DNA from: Amphiscolops sp. MND2022
Lineage: Eukaryota
Length of the DNA: 64,000 bases
NCBI GenBank assembly: GCA_964187785.1
Contig: OZ076413.1
Span: 42,596,001 to 42,660,000, forward strand
Direction of reading: 5' to 3'
The stretch's first letter is position 1. The number at the start of each line of letters is the position of its first letter. Shown here in pieces: positions 36,501 through 49,800 of this stretch. A program made the translations under genes and the position numbers. Under the pieces are notes generated by a model. That model was not told where the DNA came from. It was given only the letters and a program-made list of their open reading frames with translations, and did no database searches.

Positions 36501-38500
36501 CTGATGGGATGGTTGTTGTTTATGTAGTCATCTGAGATGAGGGCGTTGATCTTCCGTAAATCTACTAGGAGTCGCAGTTTGCCATTGGGTTTGCGTTGCG
36601 CAAAGATGGGGCTAGCATATTTCGAGAACGGGAGAGTTGTGATGATCCCATATTTGTGCATCAGTGCTAATTCTACCGTGGGGTCGTCTTTGAAGTTGAT
36701 GGGTACAGGGAGACTCTGGGTGTATACCGGTTTGTCATTTTTGGGGGTTAGGCATACCTTGAACTGGTTGTTCATTCCGATGTCCAGTCGGTGGCGTGCA
36801 AAGATGTCATTGAATTCAACTAGGGTGGACTCTAGGTTTGCACGGTCTTCTCCCGTTATTAGCGAATCATTCCATTTGAATAGTGAAGGGAATTGTGATA
36901 TGGATTTTGCGTCTTGTTTAGGGTCCAGTTCTTCTAATCTTTGTAGTTCGCGTAGTTCTCTCAGAATGCGTTGTTGGATGGGTGTGTGTTCCGATTCATC
37001 TCCGGGATTTTCGGGAGTTGGGAACCAGAATTTCTCTTCTGTTTGTTCTGACGAGTCAACTTGCATCAGTGCATTGACGTACGCAACAACATCGTCGTGT
37101 TCGGTGAGTAGATTGAGGGCTGCTATATCTACTGCTCGTATCGATTTCGTTTCTTCAGGTTTCAGTATTTGTAATTCTGCTAGTTTCGTATGTGGTGTTA
37201 CTGTATAGGGGAAGTCTGTGGTGTTCGCTATCTTTATCGCGACTCGTTTGTCTCGGGCTGTGGTTATTGCTGGGGCTACTATAAGTTTCGCGTGGATGAT
37301 CCATGTGGCTTGCGCTGGTATGGTGTGTTTTTCTTCCGTCTCGATAGTGATGGGTTTGGGGTTGCACTTTTGTCTTTCGTCCTTTAGCGCTAGAGTTATT
37401 TGTATTTTAGGAAAGTCTATTGTTCCTTGTGCAGTATCTAGGATTGCGGAATGTTTCCGGAGGAATGCCAGGCCGATGATTGGGTAAGATGTTTTGGTCA
37501 TGATGATGAAGGTCTCTTCGAACGCGTAGTTTCCAATTTTGAACTGCATTGTGTGTGTCGCGCGGGCTTTTTCAAGTTCGGTGTTGGCATATTGTATCTT
37601 GAAAGGGGCGGAGGTGCCTTCGCGATTATGGTTGCGTTGGCTTCAGTTTGTATTTTGTCTGCGTCTCTTTCGCTGATGACGTTGATGTAGGCTCCCGAGT
37701 CAACTAGTGCGTCAATTCTAGTGTTTTCAAAGTCAAGAGGGATAAAGAGCATTCTTTTCTTCTTTTTGAGGGTAATTGCTGACATTAACGGAAAGTAGTC
37801 GTCGTCTTTGTCATGTTGTATGAATTCTTTTATGATATTGAGGTCATATGGTAATTGTTGTGGGCATTCCGTTACTTCGTCGTCTTCATGATTGTTGTCC
37901 TGAGTTGGCAATTTGGGTGCTGTTGTTGGGGGTGATACTGTATGATCGGCTTTCGTGCGCTGTTCTTTTTCTTGTTGTGTCCATATTGTTTTATCCTCGA
38001 TGCAGATGATATTCTCTGCATCTATTGGTGTGGACGTGGCGGTGACTGGTATCGGCGAGGACTGTGTTGTCTTTTTTAAGATTGGTGACGGTGGTGATGG
38101 TAAGGCTGTACTCTCGGTGCATTGGGCTTGAGGATTTGGAACTTGAATTTTGAAAGAGAGTTTGTTTGTGTCATAGATGGTTGGTTCGTCCCAGGGATCA
38201 CATCTAGAGTCTCTATCATATATGTAAATGCGTTCGGTCTTTGATTCTGGTAGGGGTCTTTTTAGTGTCGCGTAGTTATCGGGTGATTCTGTTATCCATT
38301 GGGGTAGTGGTGTTGGGTCCTCTGGGTGTCGGGCATTATGTCTGAGTATCATGCCTACGTTCCAGCGACGTTGCCAGTCTTGGGTAGGTTCCTCATTGCA
38401 TTCTGTGAGGAAGTCTTCTTCATACCTATTGGGGGGTCTTGTATTGTGTACGCCCTTGCGTCTACCGTTTCCCCGAAGTGGAGGCGCGGCGTTCTTAGTT
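33570..38500 (-). pseudogene. Gypsy pol (PR, RT, RNase H, integrase), interrupted
   Basis: LVDSGA protease; QYVDD RT; MTDASF RNase H; H-H-C-C and EVDIL/TDKGSQF/ILER integrase; WTGPY...LHRIRL. Split across ORFs 37498-38763, 35282-37549, 34763-35236 and 33570-34724. Confidence 0.93.
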
Positions 38501-38504
38501 TTTT
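38498..38504 (-). promoter_or_regulatory. -1 ribosomal frameshift heptamer A AAA AAC at the gag/pol junction
   Basis: CCA AAA AAC TAA at the end of gag, followed by an ACGCC...GGCGT stem; pol is in the overlapping frame. Confidence 0.7.
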
Positions 38505-39511
38505 GGCTGGATTTCAATAGAAGGGATTGGTTGTTCACCAATTTGGTTTGTGGGTATGGCGAACTCGTGTCGTTTCTTCCTAGGATCGTTCGCCGCATTA
38601 GCTCCGTACCAGCAGTTTTCAGTTTTGTGGAGTTTCCCACAGGTGTCGCATTTTGGTTTGGGTGGTTCATTGGTATTGGGAATGCCGATCTGTGCTTTAG
38701 TTTCGTAGTAGCGATCTTTTCGCAATTTGCGGCACTGTGCTTTATAATGCCCCTGTTTGCCACAGTGGAAGCAATTCCCTCGATGGTTGAGTTCCTTTTT
38801 TGGTTCCGGTGGGACGACGTCGACCGTATTGAGTGGTACTAGCGTGGTTTCGTCTGGGGTTCCCAGACCATTAAGGCGCATCTCTCGTTCAAGATGTTGG
38901 ACAATGTCGTTATAAGGTTTGTCCTCGAGGTAGGCTAGGTTAAGAATTTTTTTACGTGGTCCGGCATTTTGGCGTATATGGCCTTGTCTATGAATTTTTG
39001 TGCTTCTGAGCCGAACGCTTCTTTAGCCGTTTTTTGCAGTGTGTCCAAAAATTCATGTAACTTTTGCTTGGTTGGGTCAAAATGTAGCGAGTCCCATTCG
39101 CATCTCGCTTTGGCCGAAGATTGAAAATCTCCGAAGCGCCGTTTAAACGCCGTAATTACCTCCTCTAAGTTGTCTTTTTTGGCATTGTCCAAGTTGCAAT
39201 ATGCTTGTAGTGCAATGCCTCGTAGTAGCGAGTGGAAGTAGTTGATTTTTTGGATTTCTGTTAGATGTGGATACATTTTTATGTTGTTTCGAAATAAGTC
39301 CTCGAAAAGTTCGAATTTTTCGGACTTACCATCAAACACGGGCAGAGATGCGGTGAGGGCTTTTGGCATTGAAGGAGGTTGAGGTGGTGGATGGATTTCC
39401 GGCTGGGGAGCGAATAGTAGTCTTGATGTTGAGGGTCGTTCTTTGGGTGGCAGGCTTTGTGGACGGTGTGATCGTGTTTTCTTTTTCCCCAGATTTGTGG
39501 AGTCATTGAGG

Positions 39512-39524
39512 ACTCCTGTCACCA
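39512..39524 (-). promoter_or_regulatory. Primer-binding site (tRNA-Leu-like)
   Basis: TGGTGACAGGAGT adjacent to the LTR end; resembles the complement of the tRNA-Leu(CAG) 3' end. Confidence 0.7.
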
Positions 39525-41641
39525 TGTTACGACTATTTACCGGTGTAATTTTACGAGTAGTCGCAGTGGTTTTATTTTTGATCGGTGTTGAAGTTGCATT
39601 TTCCGGAATAATTTCGGATTCAGAATCTGTTTCTTCAGTGGCTGTTATGATGGTTTGTTTTTTAACAGTAGGAGCTATTAGTTTTAGCATCTCCTTTTGG
39701 TTTTCAGCTAAGATTCTAGTAAGATCAGACATGATCTCTTCCCTCAATGAAGACTTGATTTCCTCTAGATTTTCAGTGAGTACTCTAGGAGATTTGCTCG
39801 TTCCCGCTACGGGATTTAAGTTTTGGTTAGTCTCAGGTATTGGGGTCTCAATTTCAGTAGAAACTAGCTCTTCAACAGCTTTTCTCTTCTGGCTTCTAGT
39901 AGTCATTTTAGAAAGAGAGAGAGGTTGTTCCTTGGAAAACTCGAATTCTTCAAAGAAATATGGTTTTGAAACGAAGTATTAACGTAGCAAATTAAAACAG
40001 ATTAACAGATTTTACATATTCCCAGGTATATATACTTTCATAGCATCATTTGTTCCTCACCTAAAAATTCCTAGGAATCCTTAAAATCGGTTTTGTTCAT
40101 CAAAATTGCTTAATCATCCTTATTATTTCAACCCTTTAATTAATTGTTCACGATTTAAAATTCCTAGTCACGGCTCCCTTACGGAGTGCTTGTTGAAATC
40201 ATTTTTGTTCATTATCATCATGCCGCCTTTTCCGCGATCAAACCGGAAAAGTCTAGTTGAATTTTCATCGAGAAAGGCACGCTGGCGTGATCAATGATTC
40301 ATCTCGAGACTAGTGAAAATCATCTTGTTCGCGGTAAAAGAATGACAAGCAAAACTGACTACGGAAATATCTCGGAGTGATTTTAGGTAAATGTGCTGGG
40401 AATATTTTGAGGAGAACAAATGATGCTGGAAAAACGGTTAATACCGATCAAGAACTGAGATAGCAAACAATATAACACAGAATCATTTTGAGCTTCTGAA
40501 CTAATTTTACATGTATTGGAACATGATGGTTTGATTAATACAGATCAATGGCTCAATTAGCCCAAAGAACATAACATATTGAATGTACAAAACATCCTTT
40601 TCAAAATGAAGGAAAGCACCTTTCTTTTAATGATTTCCTTTGTTTTAACCTGTAGTACGATCAATTTTATTAGGGATTAAACGGGAACAATTCGGAAAGG
40701 TATTATTTTAACGTTATGATATTTTGAACATTCCTTTTCGGTTCCGTATAGCATAAGGAATATCTTGATATATTAGAACAATTTTGATCTTGCAGCATTT
40801 TTTAGTCGTTCTGTATGTATTAACATTAAGCATAACCTTGTCCTTTCACAATTTGCTCCGTAAGCGCTCCGTACGTATTAAGATTAGTTATAGTTTCTTC
40901 GCATTACAATTTGCTCCGTAAGCGCTCCGTACGTAATAAGATTAGGTATAGCTGAGCAGCGCATGCTTGCGGAGACAGAGCGGACAGCGTTAACAAATTC
41001 ATTCTTATTCTCTCGCTCAGTTGGCGTTGCTATGGTAACTAGGGATGGTGAAAGACGACGCTATTGGTCCGTAAAAATAGAAACATCTACTCTTCAATCA
41101 AGCTGAGTGACGCCGTCATTACGTTGTAGATATTCTCTTAAGTTGCTTAACTGCATTCTTAAGTGGATATTCACAACTATTCAATCATTGGAAAACAATT
41201 CCGCCATTCTCTTTGTATGTTCTTTCATTTTAGATTGTATGAATTCCGTTGGGACCTCGGAATTGAATTTCATTTTGGTGTTTTCATTTTAGTGTGGAAA
41301 AGAAAAAGGTCCCAAAGTTAAGAATGTTTTTAATTTGTTATTTAGATTTGTATGGAATTTTCAGCTGACGAAACCGGAAGTAACGGAACGGTCACGCATG
41401 AAAACTTTATACCGGAAGTTTCGTTCCGTCTAAAATCACTTTTGGATATTTTACTTATCGCTTTCGTTAGACTAAAATCCTTTTGTTCTGATTATTAACT
41501 CGTACTACAGTTAAACAAAGGTAAGTGATCAGTCAAAGTTTTTTACCTAATTTTGTGAGGTATTGCCATGTCCTCGCCCTCTTGCGAATTTCGGTATTCC
41601 TCCGCAACAGGAAAAATCCCGACCGGGAGCGGGTCGTGACA
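39525..41641 (-). repeat. Gypsy 5' LTR (2117 bp)
   Basis: Followed directly on the minus strand by the PBS TGGTGACAGGAGT. Confidence 0.95.
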
Positions 41642-42089
41642 AAAAGGATTGCCACTTAGTTGCATTTGAAGTGCTTCTTACTGAAACTTGCAAAATTCCA
41701 AGATCGGAAATGCCACCACAACGTTGGTGAATCTTTCAAGCAGTCGAATACAACGGTCAAACATTTTCACATGAAAATTTCCGCATTAGGTTTAGAAAAT
41801 CAAAACAAGAGTTGCAACATTAGACTGCTTGGAAAAAGTTAAAGCAATTTCAACAACGGTAGGCTCGGAATACCTAAACATAAACCGAGCGGCGAGACTT
41901 TACCCCGCAAAAGTTTGTTCAAAAAGTGAAGCATTCAGTGCGCGCTCTATGGTCTGAAGGAAAAATTTTGTCACTGTAAAATTCGGGCACTTTAATCATA
42001 AAGTGCGATAAATAAAAACCTATTGTCGAAGAAGATTGACCTATGAGTTTGGTCATTTGTTGGACTCAAATTAAGGTCATCTGTTTGAT

Positions 42090-42210
42090 TGTTTGTTTGT
42101 TTGTTTGTTTGTTTGTTTGTTTGTTTGTTTGTTTGTTTGTTTGTTTGTTTGTTTGTTTGTTTGTTTGTTTGTTTGTTTGTTTGTTTGTTTGTTTGTTTGT
42201 TTGTTTGTTT
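42090..42210. repeat. (TTTG)n microsatellite
   Basis: About 30 perfect tetranucleotide units. Confidence 0.98.
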
Positions 42211-43770
42211 TGACTTTCTGTTCCAAACCCCTTGAAACGCTTCCCAAGATCTTACATGTTCTAACAAGTTCTCGTTCTTGAATGTTCTGATAAGATATTG
42301 TTTAATTTTGTTTAAAACAACTTCTTCAATTTCTTACAAAGAGTTTTAGTAAGAGTCGTATCAAGTGCTTCAAAAATAAATGAATAATTATTTTGATATT
42401 GTTTGCACTACAGGCTACACTATCATACTTCGAAGTGTTGGTTATAGGACAACACAAATGATTCAACTTCCGAATCTGATATCTTGGTTGGTAGCGTGAA
42501 CGGCTGCTGCATAATAGGTACGTTGATCGAGTTTCAGTCAGCTACTACTTTTGGTCATTTTCATTCACTTTTTAGCTTTTGTCTTGAAACTTGTGGTAAG
42601 ATATCTGAAAATCGTACATGTTCGTGGCGCGCTTGAGAGAACATCGCCAAATATCTTACAAAGGGTCTCTAGAAAATGCAAGAACAGATTTCACACTCTG
42701 TGCCTAATAATTGAAAAGTTTACCAGACAGTGAAGGATTTGTATTTACCTCTTGTGACGAGTACTGCCCTAGTGATGTTCAATCGATACTGCCTCAGATG
42801 TTTTATCTGAGGTATTCTTTTTTCTAAGGGCATACAATTCAATAAAAAGCAAAAATTCCTGGCTTCAAAATACTCTTATCATTTGAACCGAAAGTTGGTA
42901 CATTAAAAATTTTCGAAACGGTAATAAGGGCAAAAATCATTTTTTAATTTGGCCGTCATCGGGAATACTTTATGAAACTTGAGTTTAGAATTTTGAGTCA
43001 AGATTCCCAAAAAATGCGAATGCATTTCCGTGTTGAATTTCTTTCCTTGATTATTTCCCTGATGAAATTTATCAAGCTGCTTTGAAGATTTTTCAAAAGT
43101 TTGGCGGTAATTTCAGGCCATCAAATTCAGTAGAATTCATTATGAATCAGGTCTATTTTTCAATGCAGCTGAAAGGTTTTCAATTTTACCGCCATTTTAT
43201 TACAAAAACACTTGATGCATTTGCGTCTTATGAGAGCTCTTCATGCGTTTCCTCGAAGAAACGGAAAGTATCTCGTACATCACATTGTCATTTACGTTCT
43301 GATTAACCCACTGCAGGTAATTTACAGTCTTCAAAAAAGTAACTGTTGTACTATTCTCTCATCCTTTTCATATTTGCCGTTGAAAGCACAGAAATGACAA
43401 AAAGTGGCAACTGAGTTGTACGCGTTTAACAATGAAACTTTTGAGAACATCACGATACTGCAAATCTATGCTCATGGCGAGTTCAAATTGTGAAGACATT
43501 AAAAACTAGACCACTGCGAATTGATTCCATACTGAGAATTTTTGGGTCCAAAAAAAGTGCTTTTCTATTAAAATGGATGCGTCTTTACAGATGAGATTGC
43601 TGAATCTTCTAACATCGCTATTTTAGAGGGCGATTACATCAATATACCGCAGAGCTGTTACGTGCTCTAAATTTTTGGAAAGAGGGCTTTTCTGAGAATC
43701 TTTAGAATGTATAATGAGCTTAAAATTTCGATTTTTCCGTGTTTGTTTAAAAAATTGTCATTTGTTGCAG

Positions 43771-43948
43771 GGGGGTTCATTTGAAAGACCTGATTGCCAT
43801 CAACACTGCCCTGCCCGACAGGTCGCCCACGGGCAATATAAATGTGCGCAAAATGATTCTTCTCGCCAAGTGCTTTGAAAAGATCACGGGGCTGCACAAC
43901 ATGGTGCCACACATAGAACCCAATGCTGACCTCATCAACATATTACAG
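43771..43948 (+). CDS. RasGRP: RasGRP-like exon (CDC25 domain); gene continues beyond this exon
   Basis: ttgcag| acceptor and CAG|gtgaga donor; encodes L-GVHLKDLIAINTALPD...NVRKM...EPNADLINILQ. The phase-2 join from 25452 restores PILGVHLKDL. Confidence 0.92.
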
Positions 43949-44769
43949 GTGAGAGAGATCTCGCAAACATTGAAAAGTTAAACTTCAAGTAAACATTAAA
44001 TTTCTGCATCTATGGACTCCTAAACTTTCGATGCTTATAAAAAACGTGTTGAAGAGAATACATGACAACGTGAGACAACATTGTACTCTAACCAGGACAA
44101 TCTCCCGACATCCACCACAAACAAAAATGCCACATGACAACTGAAGGTCCGATTGATAAGTCTCCTTGAGAGATTATTTGAATGAGTTCCGTTCAAAGCA
44201 TATTGAATGTACACTATTATTAATTAATTTTCGGTTTCAAAAATGTTGATTGTAAAAACCTATTTTTATCAAACAATCACTTTTGTGAATTTGGTACAGA
44301 CAGTGTTAGTTTTGATATACAATGAGTGTAGTGTTATTGTTAAATGTTGTTATGTTTAAAACTTATAGTCCGTCTTTATTTCCATAGCAGAAACAATGAC
44401 TAACTGAGCCACGTTTTTTCCATTTTTTAGAGTTCCAATGTCATACCCAATTTGAAGGGGTTCTCCCAGCGAAGTCAAATTTTAAAACCTTAGTTACGAG
44501 TGATAGGCATTTGTAAAGCATTTTGAACTTTATTTTCCAGTTTTTTAAACTTTTTATTCAATTTTCGTAGTTTAACATTTTCGTGGGTTAAAATACCCAA
44601 AATATTCAAAGAAATCATCAGCTATTTTGAAGAGAAATCAGAAAAATTTTATTGGAAAAAATTTTCAAAAAAGGCAAAATAGTTAATAACTTTTTTATTT
44701 TTCCATTTTTGACCAGTTTTCGGAAGTATCCAAGGATTTTAGTATCCAAAAAATTCACCGAAAAATTTT

Positions 44770-47700
44770 GCATCTCGAAGTCACTTTCCTCGTCAATTTC
44801 GCCTTCTTCACTTTCTGACTCCGATTCGGATTTGCGTGTCCGGTTTTGTATAATTTTCAGTTTTCCATTCAGTATGTCGCGAAGTATTTCGTTCCACTGG
44901 ATATATTTCCCGTCAATGCCTCGGAGGCAATGTCGATTCTTCGGTGTGATTTTGTCTCCGATTTGCGGTGCCCGTTCTTTCTTCTTTTCGGTCTGAAAAA
45001 TAATTGGTCCCGAAATGTGTTTTCGGTGAATAACTTTTCCACTCTCGGTGGTTACGGTATGTTCGGTTCCGCTTACCGCGGTTTGAATTTTCTTTTGAAA
45101 CTTCCCTTCTAGTGATGTTCTATTGTAGTGTTTCTCTACAAATTTGAAGGGATATTTACTAACCGAATTTTTATTTTTCAGTTGTTTGTCCACCGCCTTT
45201 TCCTCGTTTTTGGTCTTTGCCATGACCAGGTAATTTGTTACATCCCCTTCTTCGTCTCACGATACATTATTTGGGATTTTTGGCTTTTTCTCAGCTGAAA
45301 CAGATAATTCGGTCCAATCAGAGAGGAATGATTATCATCTTTAACCAGATTGGTTGATTCGGTTTGGGCTTTCTACCGTGACGTAACTCGAATGGCGTTA
45401 ATTTCAGTCCATCCGGTGTGTATTGTAAATCGCATTACTTTTAATGCTCTATTTACGCATTCGGTCAGGCATGAATGATCTTCTAAATTAGCCATCATTA
45501 AATTCTTCATGGTTTGTATTGCGCATTCTACTGCCCCCGTACCGGTATGTATTCTCGGTGTGCAGTATTCTATTTCAATGTTTTTCGATTTGCAGAATTC
45601 GATGTAATCTTTTGAGATAAAGGCTCCGCTTTTATCCGATTTGATCTTTTCCAGTATTTCGTACGAATTAAAGTTTTGTTTTTGAAAATTTATCACTTCT
45701 TTCGTTTCAGATTTTTGCAAATTTTTACGGTCGGGCATTTGCTAAATCTGTCAACCTCAATTAGTAGCTGATTCTCTCCGTTCAATTTTTTATTATGTAA
45801 TTTACCGGTGAAATCAATTTGGATTTCTTGTCACGGTTCGGTAAGTGTTTTTAATTTTCCGCTTTCATTTTTCGGTATTTGGTATTTTAAATTCTTACCA
45901 GATGATAGGCAGGCTATACAATTTTTGACTTTGTCTTCGATGTCTTTTTAATATTCTGCCACCAGAAGATTTTTGCTTCGGCTGTCATCTTGGTGGTTCC
46001 CGCATGTCCAAAGTGTAAAGTATCCAATAGCTTCTTTCGAAGCTCGGTTGGTACGATAATTTTGTCGTTTACAAATGTTAATCGCCATTTTGTTGATATG
46101 TTTTCGAATTGTTGTCGGTAATGTTGCGGCGCCATGCTGCGATCTTCTCTGGTTAGTGCTAGTTTGATTCGGTTTAATTCGGCGTCCGTTGCTGATTTTG
46201 CAATTAGACTTTTCAGGTCCAGCATGAGGTCCATTTCCGCTTTTTTAATTGTCTCTTCGGTAGCTTTCTTTCCTTCGGTGACGACTACTCCAATTATTTG
46301 GTTGATTTGCACGTAGTGCGCTTCTTTTCCTTCCGTGTTGTAGTTTTTAAGGTCGACAATTGGTAGATTGTCTCCGCGTATGATTTGGCTCTCTCCTTCA
46401 CTCTCTCCGGGTCATTCAATTGTTCTTCCGGCGGTTGTTCTTCCATCTGAATTTGATCCGGTCCTTTTACAATTTCTTCGAGGGGTCGGTAGCCTCCCCC
46501 AGCCTGTTTGCACGCTGTATCAGTTGTCCGTCTATTTCGGCAATTTCTTCCCTACTTCTTTTGTTCGGTCGGGACGGGACCCAGATCGTTCGTTGAGCGC
46601 TCTGGTCATAGCGTCTTCTCAGTCTGCCGGGTCTGGCGATCTCCAATCTTCTCTCGACTAGCCTTCGTGTTTCCGGACTCTTTTCTCTCCTTTGAATAAT
46701 TTGCATGATTTCGGCGGTTGCGCCTCAATGAAAATAATCACGGTCCATTTCTTCTTCGGTTGGTGATGTTGTTATTTTCGAGTGATTGTGTAATGGTAAT
46801 GTTTCTTGGTGTTTGAACTTTATTGCGTCACTGCTTGGACTTGTTTCTGTTCGTTCGTTTGTTTTGTTCACGTGTCGGTTCTTCTCGAATGTTCTGTTTG
46901 TTTCTGATTGGCTGTTCAATTTACAGTCGTGCGTGATTTTTGTGTTCGGTGTGCGCTGTGATTGGTTCGTGAAAACTCTTCCGTATTTCAGATTTAATCC
47001 GGCTTGTGCCGTGAGAATGTTTATTACGTATTGTTCATCATACATGTTTTCGATTGTCGCACCCTCTACCGGATTGCGGCTTAGGAAGTCTGTGAATTTC
47101 AAATTGCTTCTGGCTATATGCTGTATTGAAATATCGAAACATGCTAGCCGGTCTAATCATCTGGTTAGTCTTGCACTGTATTGTTTGTTGCATCTATTTC
47201 GTTTAATTAGGGGTTCTAATGCTTGGTGGTCGGTGTATAGGAATACCGTTTTTCCGTATAAGTAAAAACGGATTTTTTTAAAACCCCATACAACTGCTAG
47301 TAATTCGAGTTCTCCAATTGAATAATTGTTTTCGCTGTCATTGAGAAATCTACTACCGAACGCTATTGGTTTTAACTCTCCGTCTGCTTGTTTTTGCCAT
47401 AATGTTATTCCGAGACCGGTTCGGCTTGCATCGATTGTTACGATGTTATCTTTGTCTTTTGCGTAATGTTCCAGTGCCGGTTCTTCGGTTAGCATTTTCG
47501 TGATCATTTCGAAACCATTTTGATTTCGTTTCCCATTTCCATTCTGTATTTTATTCAGTAGTTTTCGTAGTTTGTCGGTTCTTTCTGACAGTCTCGGAAG
47601 GAATTTTGCCAAATATTGTATTGCCCCGAGAAATGATTTTAGTTGTTTCGGAGTTTCCGGGTGTTTCAAATCCAATATGGCTTCAACTTTTTCTTTGTTC

Positions 47701-49800
47701 GGTTTTATCCCGTCTTCATCTATTTCATGTCCAAGCCAATTCATTTTGTTTTGAAAGAATTCGAATTTCTTCTCACTTGCTATATAACCGGTATTTTCCA
47801 ATTTCCTCAATACATCGAACAATTTCTTTTCGTGATCTTTTCGGTCTCCCCGTGTTACTACTATAATATCGTCTAGCCATGCGGGTGTGCAATATTCCAA
47901 TGTTCGGTCGATTTTTTCTTGGAAAATTGTGGGTATGTTGACTAATCCGTAAAATCCTTTTTAAATCGGTAGTAGCCGTTGAAGTTTCCCCCGGTGATTG
48001 CAAATACACATTGTCTGCTTGTTTCTTTTGATAGTGTCATTTGACCGTATGCATAGTCAAGGTCTATCTTTGACATCATTAGTTTTTTCGTTCGGTCTTT
48101 TGTTATTTCTACCGAAATTTGATTCATCAATTCTTCCATGTTCGGCATGTGTTGTCGAACTTTAAGGTAGCTATCGTTCAAGTTTCGTGAATCTAAAGCT
48201 ATTTTTAGCAATGTATCGTTCTTTACGGTTATTACTACCAGTGACACAAAGCAATCTTCATCTACTTGTTTTACTCTTTCAAAGCGTCCGGATTTCGTTA
48301 GTTTTTCGATTTCTTTTCCGACTGCTTCTTGTAAGTGGAGAGGGGTTGATCTTGCTTTTTGTTTTACCGGATAATGTCCCGGTTTCATTTGTATGTTTAT
48401 TTCGGCATCTTTTATAGTCGTATTATTTCTGAACAAGTCCGAGAATTTCTCTACAATCTGTTTCTTTTCTGATTGATTATTCTTGTCCACTCGGATGTTT
48501 CCAATTGTTGGTCTGAATTTTTTTAGCCAATCCATTCCGAGTAGTGGTGTTATGTCATTTCGTTCGGTAATTATTATTTGTATCTTTTGTTTGTTGTTCT
48601 CGTATTCAATGTCTACCGGTATTTTCCCTCGGAATTTTACTTCGTTCTTGTTTACGTCTTGATATCGGTCTTTCACTTTTTGAATTTTGGTGTCTTTCAT
48701 TATTGTGTTGTCCACCGGCATTATCGATATTGGTGATCCGGTGTCTATTCTAAATTCTTTCTACATTCCGTTGATTTTCACCGTCGTTGTTAAATATTTG
48801 TTTTTGTCCACGATTCCGTTTATTCTTTCAATTCTATAAATACTCGATTCAGATTCGTCACTTTCTTCACCAAATGTTGAATTTTCAGTCGCGGTTAAAT
48901 TCCGTATTTTGCGTTTGTAGTTTTCCTTTTGTCTGCATGCCCGTGCAAAGTGGCTTTTCTTTCCGCAATTATTGCATGTCTGGTCCAGTGCTGGGCATTT
49001 GTGGGTTTGGCTCCAGTTTGGTGCGTTGCAAAATCTGCATGGTCTGTTGTTATTGAATTTATTTCTCGGTCGTGTATTGAATTTGTCCATTCTCTGTATT
49101 GGTTCTTCCTTGATTTCTTTTTCTCGGTTTGATATTATTGCTTCCGGTATTGTGTTTTCATTATTTTTCTTTCCGTATGTGTTCTGTTTGATCATTTCTA
49201 GTGCTTTCTTTATCTCGGGTTTCTCTTCTTTCATGAGTTTGTCTCGAAGTTTCTTGTCCGTGATTGCGGTCATAAATTTGGAAATGAGTAATTTTTCGGC
49301 TGTTATGATTTCGAAGTTCCATTCTTTTTCAATTTCTATCAATCTCCGCCAGAATTCTCCCCGGTTATGGTATGTAATTCTCTTCGGTAGGAAGTACTCG
49401 TTGAATAACCGAATTACATCTTTGATTGCGATTTTGTCCGGCTCGGTCTTGTACTCTGCTCTTGTCATTTGGTAAAGGGCTTCTGGGCCCATACCCCATA
49501 CAAAATCGTCTTGTATCTGGTTTTCCTTTGTGGCCCAGTCTGTTTGTGTCATTTCTTCTCCCCGGATTAGTTCCGCGATATCCGTTTTATATTTCCGTTT
49601 TGTATACTGCTCAAGTCATTGTTTCGGTGTGAAGATTTCCTTTCCGTCTGTCGTTGCTTTGAAGTTCGGCACCTCAATTTGTGTTGCTTCTTGTGTCATT
49701 GTTTCTTTGTTTCGATAAAATCAATGTAAATCAGAGTGCTGACTGCGCCATGTTTTATTTCTTCTGCTTGGTAATATAAAAACAATGTCAGTACCGATTT
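44770..49800 (-). mobile_element. Decayed, 3'-truncated Gypsy retrotransposon
   Basis: PBS TGGCGCAGTC (49741-49750, tRNA-Ser-like) next to an LTR end; gag ATG at 49699 with CNNCGKKSHFARAC; protease IDTGS; RT WLDD; RNase H IDASRTG; integrase LHFGH. Many stops and frameshifts; LTR extent not resolved. Confidence 0.88.

Larger units (their letters stand above)
38495..39906 (-). pseudogene. Gypsy gag, broken by a frameshift near 38945
   Basis: ORFs 38935-39906 (LPVFDGKSEKFELFEDLF capsid-like) and 38495-38881 (CFHCGKQGHYKAQC and CDTCGKLHKTENC knuckles). Confidence 0.9.
26063..41641 (-). mobile_element. Full-length Gypsy LTR retrotransposon (15.6 kb) with accessory genes
   Basis: Two ~2.12-kb LTRs with TGTTACGAC...GTCGTGACA termini; near-TSD ACAAG/AAAAG; PBS; domain order gag-PR-RT-RH-IN. 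Confidence 0.96.

Noticed and set aside
37150..37350. dUTPase between protease and RT
   Set aside because: The segment is beta-rich and spacer-like, but the conserved dUTPase motifs are not visible.
33616..39982. Many plus-strand ORFs of 60-220 aa over Gypsy gag/pol, and similar ones opposite the BEL polyprotein
   Set aside because: Antisense shadows of real coding frames with no independent motifs.
41992..42281. ORFs with QTNK / FVCL repeats
   Set aside because: They are translations of the (TTTG)n microsatellite.
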